Source: a virus (Duplodnaviria; Heunggongvirae; Uroviricota; Caudoviricetes). From it: a stretch of 39,099 nucleotides of DNA. A program made the translations under genes and the position numbers. Numbering within the stretch: the stretch's first letter is position 1; each line of letters starts with the position of its first letter. Location of the stretch: IMG/VR virus record IMGVR_UViG_2537561603_000005, one strand, 5' to 3'. Shown here piece by piece: positions 27,503 through 36,751 of the stretch. The notes beneath the pieces are model-generated. The model was not told the origin of the DNA, ran no database searches, and saw only the letters and a list, made by a program, of their open reading frames with translations.

Positions 27503-28613
27503 ACTGTATATCGGTGGCAGTATTTTTTCCGGCTGGCTGACGGTCAGCGTCCGTCGCTCGCTGGAGCATCTGGCCGGGTCGTTTGAACTGGGGCTGATGC
27601 TGCCCGGTGAGCGCATCCCCTCAGCCCTGCGGACCGGTCAGTCCCTGACGCTCAGAATTAACGGGCAGACGGTCATCAGTGGCTGGCTGGATCAGGTCAG
27701 TCAGCGGATCAGTGCAACCCGTCATCAGATCAGCATCAGCGGTCGGGATAAAACCGGCGACCTGGTGGACTGTGCCGCCATCCATCCCGGCAGCCAGTGG
27801 CGCAACCGGACGCTGGCACAGATTGCCGCAGATTTATGTGCGCCCTTCGGGATAGCTGTGCGCTGGCAGGTTAACGACGACACGGCTGCACGCCCTTTCA
27901 GCTCTTTTACGCTGGAAAACTCAGAAACCGTGGCGGATGCGCTGACCCGTGCTGCCCGGCATCGCGGGGTGCTGGTGACCAGTAATGCTGACGGCGATCT
28001 GGTGTTCACCCAGGCAGGAAGCCAGCAGACGGACAGACTGGTGCTGGGAGATAACCTGCTTGATGCCGATTACAACACGGACTGGCGCGGACGATACAGC
28101 GAATACCGTGTCCGGGGACACGGGCGCGGTGGAGGCAAACGGGGAGACAGCGAATCCGCCGCCCGGCTGGCAGCACCTGTGGGCGTCATCAGTGATGAGC
28201 AGATCGGCCGCTACCGGCCGAAAATCATCCTCGCCGATCAACAGACAGATACCCCCGGTGCACGGCAGCGTGCCCTGCGTGAAATGCGCCGTGCGATTGC
28301 CCGTTCAGAACGGTTTTCTGCCACCGTGCGTGGCTGGTTCCGGGATGATGGCCGGTTATGGGATGTCAATCTGCTGACCGGTGTTTCAGCCCTGCGTTTC
28401 GGTATCGAACAGACTGAACTGCTGGTCTGTCAGGTGGAGTTTTTACTGGATGAACAGAACGGGGAAGTCACCCGGCTGGTTCTGGCACCGCGTGACGGCT
28501 TTATCGTTCCGGCAGAGCCGGACAGCAAAGGCCGTGGCGGTGGTTCCGGTGATGATGTTGATGCCTTTATTCGCCAGCAGATGAAAAAACAGGGGATCAG
28601 CTTTGATGAATGA
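27486..28613 (+). CDS. P: tail/baseplate hub protein P (Mu gp44, P2 gpD-like)
   Basis: 375 aa; GTG start after GGAGGTGA; gene order. Confidence 0.7.
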   Translation: MSSRIELYIGGSIFSGWLTVSVRRSLEHLAGSFELGLMLPGERIPSALRTGQSLTLRINGQTVISGWLDQVSQRISATRHQISISGRDKTGDLVDCAAIHPGSQWRNRTLAQIAADLCAPFGIAVRWQVNDDTAARPFSSFTLENSETVADALTRAARHRGVLVTSNADGDLVFTQAGSQQTDRLVLGDNLLDADYNTDWRGRYSEYRVRGHGRGGGKRGDSESAARLAAPVGVISDEQIGRYRPKIILADQQTDTPGARQRALREMRRAIARSERFSATVRGWFRDDGRLWDVNLLTGVSALRFGIEQTELLVCQVEFLLDEQNGEVTRLVLAPRDGFIVPAEPDSKGRGGGSGDDVDAFIRQQMKKQGISFDE

Positions 28614-29217
28614 TGAAGTGTTCAGCCGCCTGATTGCCCCGGTAACGCGCGGTATTCGCCTGCTGTTTGGCCGGGGCGTTCTGACCGGCACACATGACGA
28701 ACTGAAAATGCAGAATGTGCAGCTCACCGGCATGGACGGCGAAACCTTTGATGATGTGGAGCGCCCCCAGCAGTACGGGCAGATCAGCGTTCCCCTGCCG
28801 GGCGCAGAAACCTTTTTTGCCTGTCTGGGCGGACAGCGGGATCAGACTGTGGTGCTTGTGGTGGAAGACCGGCGCAGCCGTCCGACCGGACTCACTGCCG
28901 GAGATACGGGGGTGTATCACCATGAGGGGCACCGGATACGGTTAACAAAGGATGGTCGCATTATTGTGACATGCAAAATGCTGGAGATTTACGCCGACGA
29001 TGGGATGCGGGTGGATACGCCGGAAGCCACCTTTACGGGCAATGTGACGGTGGATAAAAACCTGCATGTTAAGGGGAATTTCGCGCTTGATGGTACGGGG
29101 AAATCTCAGGGACTGTTCACGATGTCAGATGCCGTTATTGCCGGGATACGGTATTCCGGCCATGTGCATCATGATAACGGCGAAGGCAGTAAGACAGGAG
29201 TACCGGAGAATGGCTGA
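28603..29217 (+). CDS. baseplate assembly protein (Mu gp45, P2 gpV-like)
   Basis: 204 aa; gene order in baseplate cluster. Confidence 0.65.
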   Translation: MMNDEVFSRLIAPVTRGIRLLFGRGVLTGTHDELKMQNVQLTGMDGETFDDVERPQQYGQISVPLPGAETFFACLGGQRDQTVVLVVEDRRSRPTGLTAGDTGVYHHEGHRIRLTKDGRIIVTCKMLEIYADDGMRVDTPEATFTGNVTVDKNLHVKGNFALDGTGKSQGLFTMSDAVIAGIRYSGHVHHDNGEGSKTGVPENG

Positions 29218-29647
29218 TATTGCAATTGTATGGGATCAGGGATGCGGCTCGCTGCAACTGAACGGTGCCGACCTGCTGACGGATGACAGTCTGCTGACGG
29301 CCGTTCTGATTTCGCTGTTTACTGACCGCCGGGCGCTGGCATCGGATGAAATCCCTGACGGTACGCGTGACCGCCGGGGATGGTGGGGAGACAGTTTTCG
29401 CCCGCGTCCCATTGGCTCCCGTCTGTGGCTTCTCAGCCGGGAAAAAACGCTGGCCTCCGTGATAAGCCGTGCCCATGCCTATGCGGATGAGGCGCTGGGC
29501 TGGCTCAGTCAGGATGGCGTGGCGTCATCCGTGGTCTGTCATGCAGAACGTGTGGGACACGCGCGGCTGGCGCTTTCGGTGCGCATAACCCTGCCTGATG
29601 GTTCAGTGAGACCCATGATTTTTTATGCTGATTTTAAGGGGGAGTAA
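29210..29647 (+). CDS. baseplate protein (Mu gp46, P2 gpW-like)
   Basis: ATG MADIAIVWDQ overlapping previous stop; ~145 aa (track ORF starts upstream at 29066). Confidence 0.6.
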   Translation: MADIAIVWDQGCGSLQLNGADLLTDDSLLTAVLISLFTDRRALASDEIPDGTRDRRGWWGDSFRPRPIGSRLWLLSREKTLASVISRAHAYADEALGWLSQDGVASSVVCHAERVGHARLALSVRITLPDGSVRPMIFYADFKGE

Positions 29648-30729
29648 TGCCTTATCAGCCTTTACCGCTGGCACAGTTAATCACGCAGACACAGCAGGAT
29701 ATCAGCCAGCGTCTGCCCGGTTCGCAGCCGGGTGTGAATGAAACCACCCTGAATGCCATTGCTTACGCTCAGGCAGGGTTATCTGCTCAGGAGCATGAGC
29801 ATCTGGCCTGGATTGCGCGTCAGATCATCCCGACCGAAGCCGATGAAGCCGAACTGCTGAAACACTGTGCATTCTGGGGCGTCATGCGTAAGCCTGCCTC
29901 TCGGGGGGACGGGCCGGTTCAGCTGATGCTGACCACGGATGCGGGGATCACGGAAGGTGTGCTTCTCCAGCGCAGTGATGGCGTGGTTTACCGCATCACC
30001 ACCTCACTGACCGGTAAGGCCGGTACGCTGAATGTCAGTGTGGAAGCCGAAAGTGCCGGTCGTGCGGGAAATGCTCCGGCAGGGACAAAACTGACATTTA
30101 TCACACCGCAGGCGGGGATCAACCAGACGGCCACGGTGACCGGAACGGGGATCACCGGTGGTGCGGATGTGGAAACCGTGCCGGAGCTGCTTTCCCGTCT
30201 GGTTTTCCGGGTGCAGAATCCGCCGTCCGGCGGCACGCAGTATGATTTCGAACGCTGGGCGCGTGAAGTGCCGGGCGTGACGCGGGCATGGTGCCGCCCG
30301 GAATGGCCGCAGGCGGGCAGCGTGGGGGTAACGTTCGTTCAGGATAATAACCCGGATATTTTCCCCGGTGACGGTGATGTTCAGCGGGTGGCGGATTATA
30401 TCCGCAGTCATGATGATCCAGCGACCGGCCAGCCTGTCGGACAGCCTCTGGGGCCGACGGTGACCGTGTTTAAGCTGACCAATAAGCCGGTGCCCTTCAG
30501 CATCAGGATCATCCCGAAAACACCGGAGAATCAGGCGGCCGTAAAACAGGCGCTGACCGACCTGTTATACAACGAATCCCGGCCCGGCGGTCTGGTTCTG
30601 CCGTCGTCTTTCTGGCGTGCCGTGGCGGGGGTGAAAAATCTGGAGGATTTTGAAGTGCGCAGTCCGCTGACGTCAGTTCAGGCGGGAGACAGTGAGCTGC
30701 TGACGGTAGGAGAAATCACATGGCTGTAA
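29647..30729 (+). CDS. baseplate J-like protein (Mu gp47)
   Basis: 360 aa, overlapping start, in baseplate wedge position. Confidence 0.75.
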   Translation: MPYQPLPLAQLITQTQQDISQRLPGSQPGVNETTLNAIAYAQAGLSAQEHEHLAWIARQIIPTEADEAELLKHCAFWGVMRKPASRGDGPVQLMLTTDAGITEGVLLQRSDGVVYRITTSLTGKAGTLNVSVEAESAGRAGNAPAGTKLTFITPQAGINQTATVTGTGITGGADVETVPELLSRLVFRVQNPPSGGTQYDFERWAREVPGVTRAWCRPEWPQAGSVGVTFVQDNNPDIFPGDGDVQRVADYIRSHDDPATGQPVGQPLGPTVTVFKLTNKPVPFSIRIIPKTPENQAAVKQALTDLLYNESRPGGLVLPSSFWRAVAGVKNLEDFEVRSPLTSVQAGDSELLTVGEITWL

Positions 30730-31280
30730 CCCTGACCCCGCATCAGCGCGCCCTGTTGCAGTTACTGCCTGACGGGCTGGCATGGGACAAGCGTCCGTCA
30801 TCCGTACTGGCATCGTTATGCCTGGGCCTCAGCCATTCGACAGCGCGTGTATCCTGGACGGGTAAACAGCTGCTTGCCGAGCGTTTCCCTGACACGTCTC
30901 GCCTGCTGCTGGAAGACTGGGAGCGTTATCTCGGCCTTCCTGAATGTGATATGGCCGGAGCCACCATAACGGAGCGACAGCGTTATGCCGGAAATAAATA
31001 CCGGATGAAGCCCTCGCTGAACCGTGAATTTTATATCCGGTTTGCGGCGGAGTTTGGTTATCAGATTGACATTCAGCCATCACCGGATTCGCAGTGGGTC
31101 AGTATTGTCACGATTAACAGTGAAACCGGCTACCGGAACATGAATGTGCTGGATGATATTCTCACGCCGCTGCGTATTTATGAAGGCGGTGCGCTGGAAT
31201 GTATTCTGAATCGTTATAAGCCTGCATGGCAGACGTTTATTTACGTGTATGCAAACAGCCACGAAAAGGAGAATATTTAA
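30720..31280 (+). CDS. tail protein (Mu gp48, P2 gpI-like)
   Basis: 186 aa directly upstream of the tail fibre gene with TAATG junction. Confidence 0.65.
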   Translation: MAVTLTPHQRALLQLLPDGLAWDKRPSSVLASLCLGLSHSTARVSWTGKQLLAERFPDTSRLLLEDWERYLGLPECDMAGATITERQRYAGNKYRMKPSLNREFYIRFAAEFGYQIDIQPSPDSQWVSIVTINSETGYRNMNVLDDILTPLRIYEGGALECILNRYKPAWQTFIYVYANSHEKENI

Positions 31281-32161
31281 TGTTTCATGTTGATAATAAT
31301 TCCGGCGTGGCGAATATGCCTGCGCTGGCACCGGCGCAGAGTAATACCACCACCTGGTTTACCGAAGGTGACGGACAAAAAGGTATCAGCTGGATTGGTC
31401 AGGACTGGCTGAATATTCTCCAGGCCGAACTGCTGAATATTCTGGCTGAAGCCAGTATTCAGCCGGATAAGGCGCAGTTAAACCAGCTTACGCTGTCCAT
31501 TAAAGCCATTATCGCTGCGAATGCCTTTTCCCGGAAAAATAACCTGAAAGAAATTGCTGATGCCGGAACGAAAGCACAACAGCTTGCCCGTGGTTATCTT
31601 GGTCTGGGGGCGCTTGCCACAAAAAACAGTCTTGGTCCCGGTGACGTTAATGCCCTGGCGAAGGATCAGAATCTGGCCGACCTGGAGAATACGGGAACCG
31701 CCCGTAATAATCTGGATGTTTACAGCAAAAGCGAGGGTGATAACCGTTACCTGCGCAGGGAGCAGAACGGCGCAGACATTCCGGATAAAGGGGCTTTTAT
31801 CGATAACGTCGGTTTACGGGAAACGGTAAACAGGGCGGCGAATGCCCTGCCATCGAACGGAACGGCCGTTGCCGCGAACAGGCTGGCAAATGCCCACACA
31901 ATTAATGGTGTTCCCTTTGACGGGACGCAAGATATCACTATCTCATCAGGAACAGTAACCGCCATAACACTGGGGTCGGTGACCGCACATATGCCCGGAA
32001 CATGGGAAAGCTGGGATCTGAATCTGGGGGGCGGCAATGTTCTTACCGGAATTAAAGTACAGGATGTAGGTAAGAATACGGCAGATAACGTCGGCGGCGT
32101 GTATTACCGGCCGTTGCAGTATCTGTTAAATGGAGCATGGGTGACGGCTGCAAGTATATAA
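31280..32161 (+). CDS. S: tail fibre protein (constant N-terminal part plus currently expressed variable C-terminus)
   Basis: ATG after AAGGAG; 3' third enters the invertible segment at about 31810; C-terminal 70 aa differ from the alternative segment on the opposite strand. Confidence 0.75.
   Translation: MFHVDNNSGVANMPALAPAQSNTTTWFTEGDGQKGISWIGQDWLNILQAELLNILAEASIQPDKAQLNQLTLSIKAIIAANAFSRKNNLKEIADAGTKAQQLARGYLGLGALATKNSLGPGDVNALAKDQNLADLENTGTARNNLDVYSKSEGDNRYLRREQNGADIPDKGAFIDNVGLRETVNRAANALPSNGTAVAANRLANAHTINGVPFDGTQDITISSGTVTAITLGSVTAHMPGTWESWDLNLGGGNVLTGIKVQDVGKNTADNVGGVYYRPLQYLLNGAWVTAASI
31797..31822. other. gix-like recombination site (left)
   Basis: TTATCGATAACGTCGGTTTACGGGAA; reverse complement resembles the recalled gix/hix 26-bp consensus (TTCCTGTAAACCGAGGTTTTGGATAA). 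Confidence 0.6.
31810..31950. repeat. inverted repeat, left arm (about 70-bp perfect core 31810-31880, then degenerate)
   Basis: Reverse complement matches 33062-33132 exactly and 32990-33062 with mismatches; confirmed by identical peptides in antisense ORFs of the track. Confidence 0.8.
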
Positions 32162-32169
32162 TGATATTC

Positions 32170-32194
32170 AGAAGGCCTTCCGGCCTTCTTTATT
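32170..32194 (+). terminator. hairpin terminator between convergent tail-fibre and tfa genes
   Basis: GAAGGCC-TTCC-GGCCTTC then TTTATT. Confidence 0.5.
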
Positions 32195-32715
32195 ACTGTG
32201 GCTGCTCAGGCCATTTAATGGCGTTAAATTCAGCTTCAGTTTTAATGGCGGGTAATACCATTTTTTTCACCTGACTGATGTATGCCATCCATCTGGTAAG
32301 TGTGGCTCTGTCTTCATCACTGATGGTGCCCAGTTGCAGCTCTGTTCTCCAGTCATTAATTTGTTCATATGCCTGATTAAGATATGACTGACGTAGTGCT
32401 TCCGCTTTTTTGTCGTAGTTGACCGGAAGCTGTGAGATGACGACATTATCAAACTTCCAGTTTCATGAAATATCCGTTCCGTTCAGGGAGTTCGTCGGTC
32501 TCAACCACGGAGAACCCTACAGGATACAGCGCCGAGGCATCCTGTGATATTGAGCAGATAATGCCGCTGTCAGGTGTTATACAAAGTTTATATTTTTTGG
32601 TGAATAATGGCAGGGACTCGTAGAAATCCTTACCATCTTCACTCTGAAAATACTGTACATCATTACCATAGGGTTTGTGTTCCGGGTCATATCGCTTAAC
32701 GTTGATTAGTTCCAT
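32193..32715 (-). pseudogene. tfa: tail fibre assembly protein (Tfa), frameshifted
   Basis: N-terminal half is ORF 32449..32715 (SEDGKDFYE...YPVGFSVVETDELPE); Tfa-like C-terminal half (KFDNVVISQLPVNYDKKAEAL...QLGTISDEDRATLTRWMAYISQ...IKWPEQPQ) continues in the +1 frame from about 32459 to a TAA at about 32193. Confidence 0.6.
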
Positions 32716-32801
32716 TTTTCACCTGTATTTTATATAAACCCAACCGATGATATATTTGTTTGTCTGCGGGTATTACTGATATTTCACAGAATACATAATA
32801 C

Positions 32802-33132
32802 TTACCCTGAGATGGTTCTCCATGAGCCTCCAATATAAATCAGAACAGGTTTATATCTTATAAATTCCATTTCATCTCCACCATCCACATGCGTTACAAC
32901 ACATCCTTCAGGGGCTGTCGTCGCGGTCTGTACTGCTGCTCCAAGTTTCATATCCTGTACATATCTACCGTCTGCGGTTGACTGCGTCATCCCTGACGTA
33001 ATGTTGATATCCTGTGTTCCGTCAAAGGGAGTCCCATTAATATTTCTTGGGGTGGCAAGTTTATTCGCGGCAACGGCCGTTCCGTTCGATGGCAGGGCAT
33101 TCGCCGCCCTGTTTACCGTTTCCCGTAAACCG
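32802..33132 (-). CDS. alternative tail-fibre C-terminal segment (silent in this orientation)
   Basis: Minus-strand frame continues from the right inverted repeat ([23 protein letters not shown]...) into MTQSTADGRYVQDM...GGSWRTISG and stops at 32802; in frame with the fibre after inversion. Confidence 0.55.
32990..33132. repeat. inverted repeat, right arm
   Basis: Partner of 31810-31950. Confidence 0.8.
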
Positions 33133-33145
33133 AGGTTTTCAGGAA
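33120..33145. other. gix-like recombination site (right)
   Basis: TTCCCGTAAACCGAGGTTTTCAGGAA with central GA dinucleotide; close to recalled gix consensus. Confidence 0.65.
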
Positions 33146-33210
33146 AGCCAGAATTAACTCTGTTTTATTCATCATGCGACAATTCCGGCTTTTAATAATA
33201 AGGGAATCGT

Positions 33211-33783
33211 ATGCTGATTGGGTATATCAGGGTGTCAACAAATGACCAGAATACGGCGCTACAGAGAAATGCGCTGGAATGTGCAGGATGTGAGCTGTTT
33301 TTCGAAGACAGAATAAGCGGTAAGACAAGGGAACGTCCCGGCCTTAAACGCGCATTAAAGCGACTCCGGCCAGGGGATACCCTGCTGGTCTGGAAACTGG
33401 ATCGTCTTGGACGTAGTATGCAGCACCTTGTCCTTTTAACAGAAGAACTCCGGCAGCGCGGCGTTAACTTCCGCAGCATTACGGACAATATTGATACATC
33501 CACTCCCATGGGACGTTTCTTTTTCCATATAATGGGCGCACTGGCGGAAATGGAGCGGGAACTCATTATTGAACGTACACGCGCGGGTCTTGCTGCTGCC
33601 CGTGCTCAGGGGCGTCATGGCGGCAGACCTCAGAAACTGACAGAGAAAGAACGGGAGCAAATCGCCCGTTTGCTGGCTAATGGCGAGTCCCGTAAACAAA
33701 TTGCACTGATATTTGATATTGGCCTTTCCACCCTTTATCGTTATTTTCCTGTCTCATCGGCTCCGTCACCAAAAGTACCGTGA
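33211..33783 (+). CDS. gin: serine DNA invertase (Gin/Hin/Pin family)
   Basis: N-terminal catalytic motif MLIGYIRVSTNDQNTALQRNAL with active-site Ser; C-terminal HTH; adjacent to the inverted-repeat-bounded segment. Confidence 0.9.
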   Translation: MLIGYIRVSTNDQNTALQRNALECAGCELFFEDRISGKTRERPGLKRALKRLRPGDTLLVWKLDRLGRSMQHLVLLTEELRQRGVNFRSITDNIDTSTPMGRFFFHIMGALAEMERELIIERTRAGLAAARAQGRHGGRPQKLTEKEREQIARLLANGESRKQIALIFDIGLSTLYRYFPVSSAPSPKVP

Positions 33784-33795
33784 CGCTTTTTTGAA

Positions 33796-33838
33796 TTTCC
33801 GCAAAACACATATTTTTCAGCGGTCGCTATTCTGACTC
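33796..33838 (+). promoter_or_regulatory. candidate late-type promoter upstream of esterase-like gene (shared motif copy 3)
   Basis: TTTCCGCAAAACACATATTTTTCAGCGGTCGCTATTCTGACTC shares TTCCGCAAA, a T5 run and CTGACTC with the lys-upstream element. Confidence 0.4.
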
Positions 33839-33868
33839 TGTTTAATTCAGAAACAGGCAGAAAAGACG

Positions 33869-35947
33869 ATGTCAGACTCCCAGTGGAAAATGCTCTCCGC
33901 CATGCCCGGAGAGTTTTCAGTCAAGGTTGCCGGTGGCACGGTGGCATTTATTGAAAGTCCTTTCAGGCCTTCGGGTAATAAAGGGGGGATCACCTTCGCA
34001 GACTGTGTGATCCGCTTCAGCACGAAAGAGCCATTATGGGTAATGCCGGTATCCGGCAATCCCAGCGCAGAAATCACCAGTTCAGGCGTGACCGGCATTA
34101 TTCCGATCACATCTGACGTGGCCGGAACACTCACGCCTTCTGACTGGAATGCACCGGATAACGCCGGACCGTCTGGCGGTACAAATGGCAGCAGTACAGA
34201 GCCGGAGTATTACTATGTGCTTCCACTGGCCGGGCAGTCCAACGGGATGGCCTACGGTGAAGGGCTTCCGCTACCGGCTTCATTCGACCGCCCTGAACCG
34301 CGCATTAAGCAACTGGCACGTCGCAGCACGGTAACGCCAGATGGTACGTCGTGCACATATAACGACATCATTCCCGCAGACCACTGCCTGCATGATGTGC
34401 AGGACATGAGCGGGATAAACCACCCGAAAGCTGATCTGGCAAAAGGCCAGTACGGGACTGTCGGTCAGGGGCTGCATATTGCCAAAAAACTGCTGCCTTA
34501 CATCCCGCAGAATGCCGGGATACTTCTGGTGCCCTGTTGCCGTGGCGGGTCAGCATTCACCACCGGGGATGACGGCTCATTCAGTGAGGCCAGCGGTGCT
34601 TCCGCTGATTCTTCACGCTGGGGTGCCGGTAAACCCCTGTATCAGGACCTGGTAAGCCGCACCAGAGCGGCGCTGGCGAAGAACCCGAAAAACAAACTTC
34701 TGGCCGTGGTATGGATGCAGGGAGAGGCAGACCTTGCATCGGGAAGTCAGCAGCATAATGGTTTATTCACGACCATGGTTCAGCAGTTCAGAACTGACCT
34801 GTCTCCGCTTGCTGCGCAGTGTGTGAGAGGAAATACCACCACGGTGCCGTGGATTTGCGGTGATACCACGTATTACTGGAAAAACCTTGGCACCGATAAA
34901 TATGAGGCAGTATACGGTGGCTACAAAGGCAAGGAAGCACAGAAAATTTTCTTTGTACCGTTCCTGACGGATGAGAATGGACAGAACACGCCAACGAATG
35001 CTCCGGCGGAAGACCCGGATATTGTGGCTGTCGGGTATTACGGTGCGGCATCCCGTACCCAGGGCAGTTTTGTCTCCACACAGCGTGACAGCCATTTCAG
35101 CTCATGGGCACGCAGGGGCATCATTTCTGACCGTCTGGCCTCAGCCATTCTGCTCCATGCGGGACGCACACCTGAAGTGATGCAGGGACCGGTTGTGACA
35201 CAGCCGGATGAAAAACCATCACCTGACACGCCATCAACACCATCGCCGGATACACCCTCCACACCACCGGCTGACACCACGACGATGAGCACCCTGTTTG
35301 CTTACCGGGCATCAGAGTCTGAAGGACAGCTGGCACCACAGGGCTGGACTGCCGGAGGCGGTAAGGCCCAAATCGTGGATGATGCCGGAGCAGGTAGTGG
35401 TAAGGCCATGAAACTGACCAAGGAAACAGGCAAATCCTCCTGGTACCTTGAGCATGATGCCGGTAATGGTGCGGACCTGCTGGGTAAAGGTGGCCTTGTC
35501 AGTTGCCGGTTTAAGGTTGATGGTGCGCTTACGGCTAATCAGTACGCGATGGCGCTGTACTGGCCGGTTTCTGCCCTGCCGCAAGGGGTTACTCTGGAAG
35601 GTAATGCCGGTCATAACCTGCTGGCATCGTTTTACGTTCAGAGCGATGCCACAGACCTTAACGTGATGTACCACAAGGGCAATACGGCGCAAAACACGAA
35701 ACTGGGGTCATTCGGTGCATTTAATAACGAATGGCATACGCTGGGCTTCCGTTTTGCCGGTAACAACAGTATTGAGGTGACGCCGGTCATTGATGGTAAG
35801 GACGGGACACCATTCATGCTGTCGCAGTCTCCGGTCGGCACGTTTACGGCAGACAAGTTGCGCGTGACCGATATCACTAACGGTGCAACATACCCGGTGC
35901 TGATTGACAGCATTGTGGTGGAGGTTAATACCCCGTCAGCGGGATAA
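33869..35947 (+). CDS. SGNH/SASA-type carbohydrate esterase-like protein with Pro/Thr linker and C-terminal lectin-like domain (accessory gene)
   Basis: LPLAGQSNGMAYGE (GQSN esterase motif) about 115 aa from the N-terminus; linker PDEKPSPDTPSTPSPDTPSTPPADTT; beta-rich C-terminal domain. Confidence 0.55.
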   Translation: MSDSQWKMLSAMPGEFSVKVAGGTVAFIESPFRPSGNKGGITFADCVIRFSTKEPLWVMPVSGNPSAEITSSGVTGIIPITSDVAGTLTPSDWNAPDNAGPSGGTNGSSTEPEYYYVLPLAGQSNGMAYGEGLPLPASFDRPEPRIKQLARRSTVTPDGTSCTYNDIIPADHCLHDVQDMSGINHPKADLAKGQYGTVGQGLHIAKKLLPYIPQNAGILLVPCCRGGSAFTTGDDGSFSEASGASADSSRWGAGKPLYQDLVSRTRAALAKNPKNKLLAVVWMQGEADLASGSQQHNGLFTTMVQQFRTDLSPLAAQCVRGNTTTVPWICGDTTYYWKNLGTDKYEAVYGGYKGKEAQKIFFVPFLTDENGQNTPTNAPAEDPDIVAVGYYGAASRTQGSFVSTQRDSHFSSWARRGIISDRLASAILLHAGRTPEVMQGPVVTQPDEKPSPDTPSTPSPDTPSTPPADTTTMSTLFAYRASESEGQLAPQGWTAGGGKAQIVDDAGAGSGKAMKLTKETGKSSWYLEHDAGNGADLLGKGGLVSCRFKVDGALTANQYAMALYWPVSALPQGVTLEGNAGHNLLASFYVQSDATDLNVMYHKGNTAQNTKLGSFGAFNNEWHTLGFRFAGNNSIEVTPVIDGKDGTPFMLSQSPVGTFTADKLRVTDITNGATYPVLIDSIVVEVNTPSAG

Positions 35948-35961
35948 CGGGATAAAAAAAT

Positions 35962-35996
35962 CCCGCCAGTCAAAGAGCTATTTGTTGACTGGCGGG
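35962..35996. terminator. strong hairpin downstream of esterase-like gene
   Basis: Perfect 12-bp stem CCCGCCAGTCAA / TTGACTGGCGGG with 11-nt loop; A7 tract upstream (a U-tract on the minus strand) and no T-run downstream. Confidence 0.5.
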
Positions 35997-36111
35997 GTGA
36001 TATTCCAAACCCATTAAGGAATACAACAACTCAATTAAAGAAGGCCATTATTTACGCAGTTACTTTTTAACCGGGAACTGTTTCTGTAGTCAATATCAAA
36101 GGTAAGGTTAT

Positions 36112-36294
36112 ATGACATTTGTTCATACAATGCTGCTTTATTTCTGCACGGCGGTATGTGCGTTATATCTGGTGAGTGGTGGTTATAAGGCCATCAGAAA
36201 TTATGTTCGCCGCAAAATTGATGATGCAGCAACTGAAAAACTTAGTAAAACAGCGCAGGCCGCCTCACTCCCAAAAGACCCGACCCAGCCCTGA
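36112..36294 (+). CDS. small hypothetical membrane protein
   Basis: 60 aa with N-terminal hydrophobic helix (MLLYFCTAVCALYLVSGGY); SD-like AAGGTAAGG upstream; AT-rich island. Confidence 0.3.
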   Translation: MTFVHTMLLYFCTAVCALYLVSGGYKAIRNYVRRKIDDAATEKLSKTAQAASLPKDPTQP

Positions 36295-36329
36295 TTGCAG
36301 GACTGTATTCCCGCATAAGGAGGATATAC

Positions 36330-36584
36330 ATGCCAGAAATTAAAGGCACCGTCACTGAAGACCTGGTTAAACAGGCTCTGTATTCCGGTGAAGTAAATAA
36401 ATTACTGAAAGCGCAGGTCCGCAAGGATTTTGAGGCACAAATCGACACTTACGTTGATGAGGTGCTGGCAAAACTTATTGGGCCAGCAGCTGCGACCAGT
36501 GATGCTGATAATGAGCCGAAAACCGAAGCACAGCCAGAGCAACCAGAACCGGCTCAGCCCGGAACTGACAGCACCATGATGTAA
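36330..36584 (+). CDS. small hypothetical acidic protein
   Basis: 84 aa; strong SD AAGGAGG 8 nt upstream of ATG; followed by a hairpin. Confidence 0.4.
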   Translation: MPEIKGTVTEDLVKQALYSGEVNKLLKAQVRKDFEAQIDTYVDEVLAKLIGPAAATSDADNEPKTEAQPEQPEPAQPGTDSTMM

Positions 36585-36590
36585 CAATAC

Positions 36591-36620
36591 AAACCGGCAG
36601 TTTCTCCTGCCGGTTTGACA
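36591..36620 (+). terminator. hairpin after small gene
   Basis: Perfect 10-bp stem AAACCGGCAG / CTGCCGGTTT with 6-nt loop. Confidence 0.45.
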
Positions 36621-36751
36621 CCAATGAAAACATCTTTACCGCTATCCAGCTATATGTAATCGCTGGATAGTATTTCGTATTCAGAAATACAGCTGCTTAT
36701 GGAGCAGTCAATCCAGCTTCCCCATCCTGGCAGACAAATGAACCTGTATCA

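Larger units (their letters stand above)
31810..33132. other. Gin-invertible tail-fibre segment (G-segment-like, about 1.3 kb)
   Basis: Bounded by inverted repeats with gix-like sites at the outer edges; alternative fibre C-termini in opposite orientations; serine invertase gene adjacent. Confidence 0.75.

Noticed and set aside
31747-32037. Minus-strand ORF inside the tail fibre gene, and + strand ORF 33001-33195
   Set aside because: They share a peptide only because they are antisense readings of the two arms of the inverted repeat; used as evidence for the repeat, not called as genes.
32267-32452. 61-aa minus-strand ORF within the tfa region
   Set aside because: Third reading frame; the Tfa-like C-terminal peptide lies in a different frame, so this ORF is a by-product.
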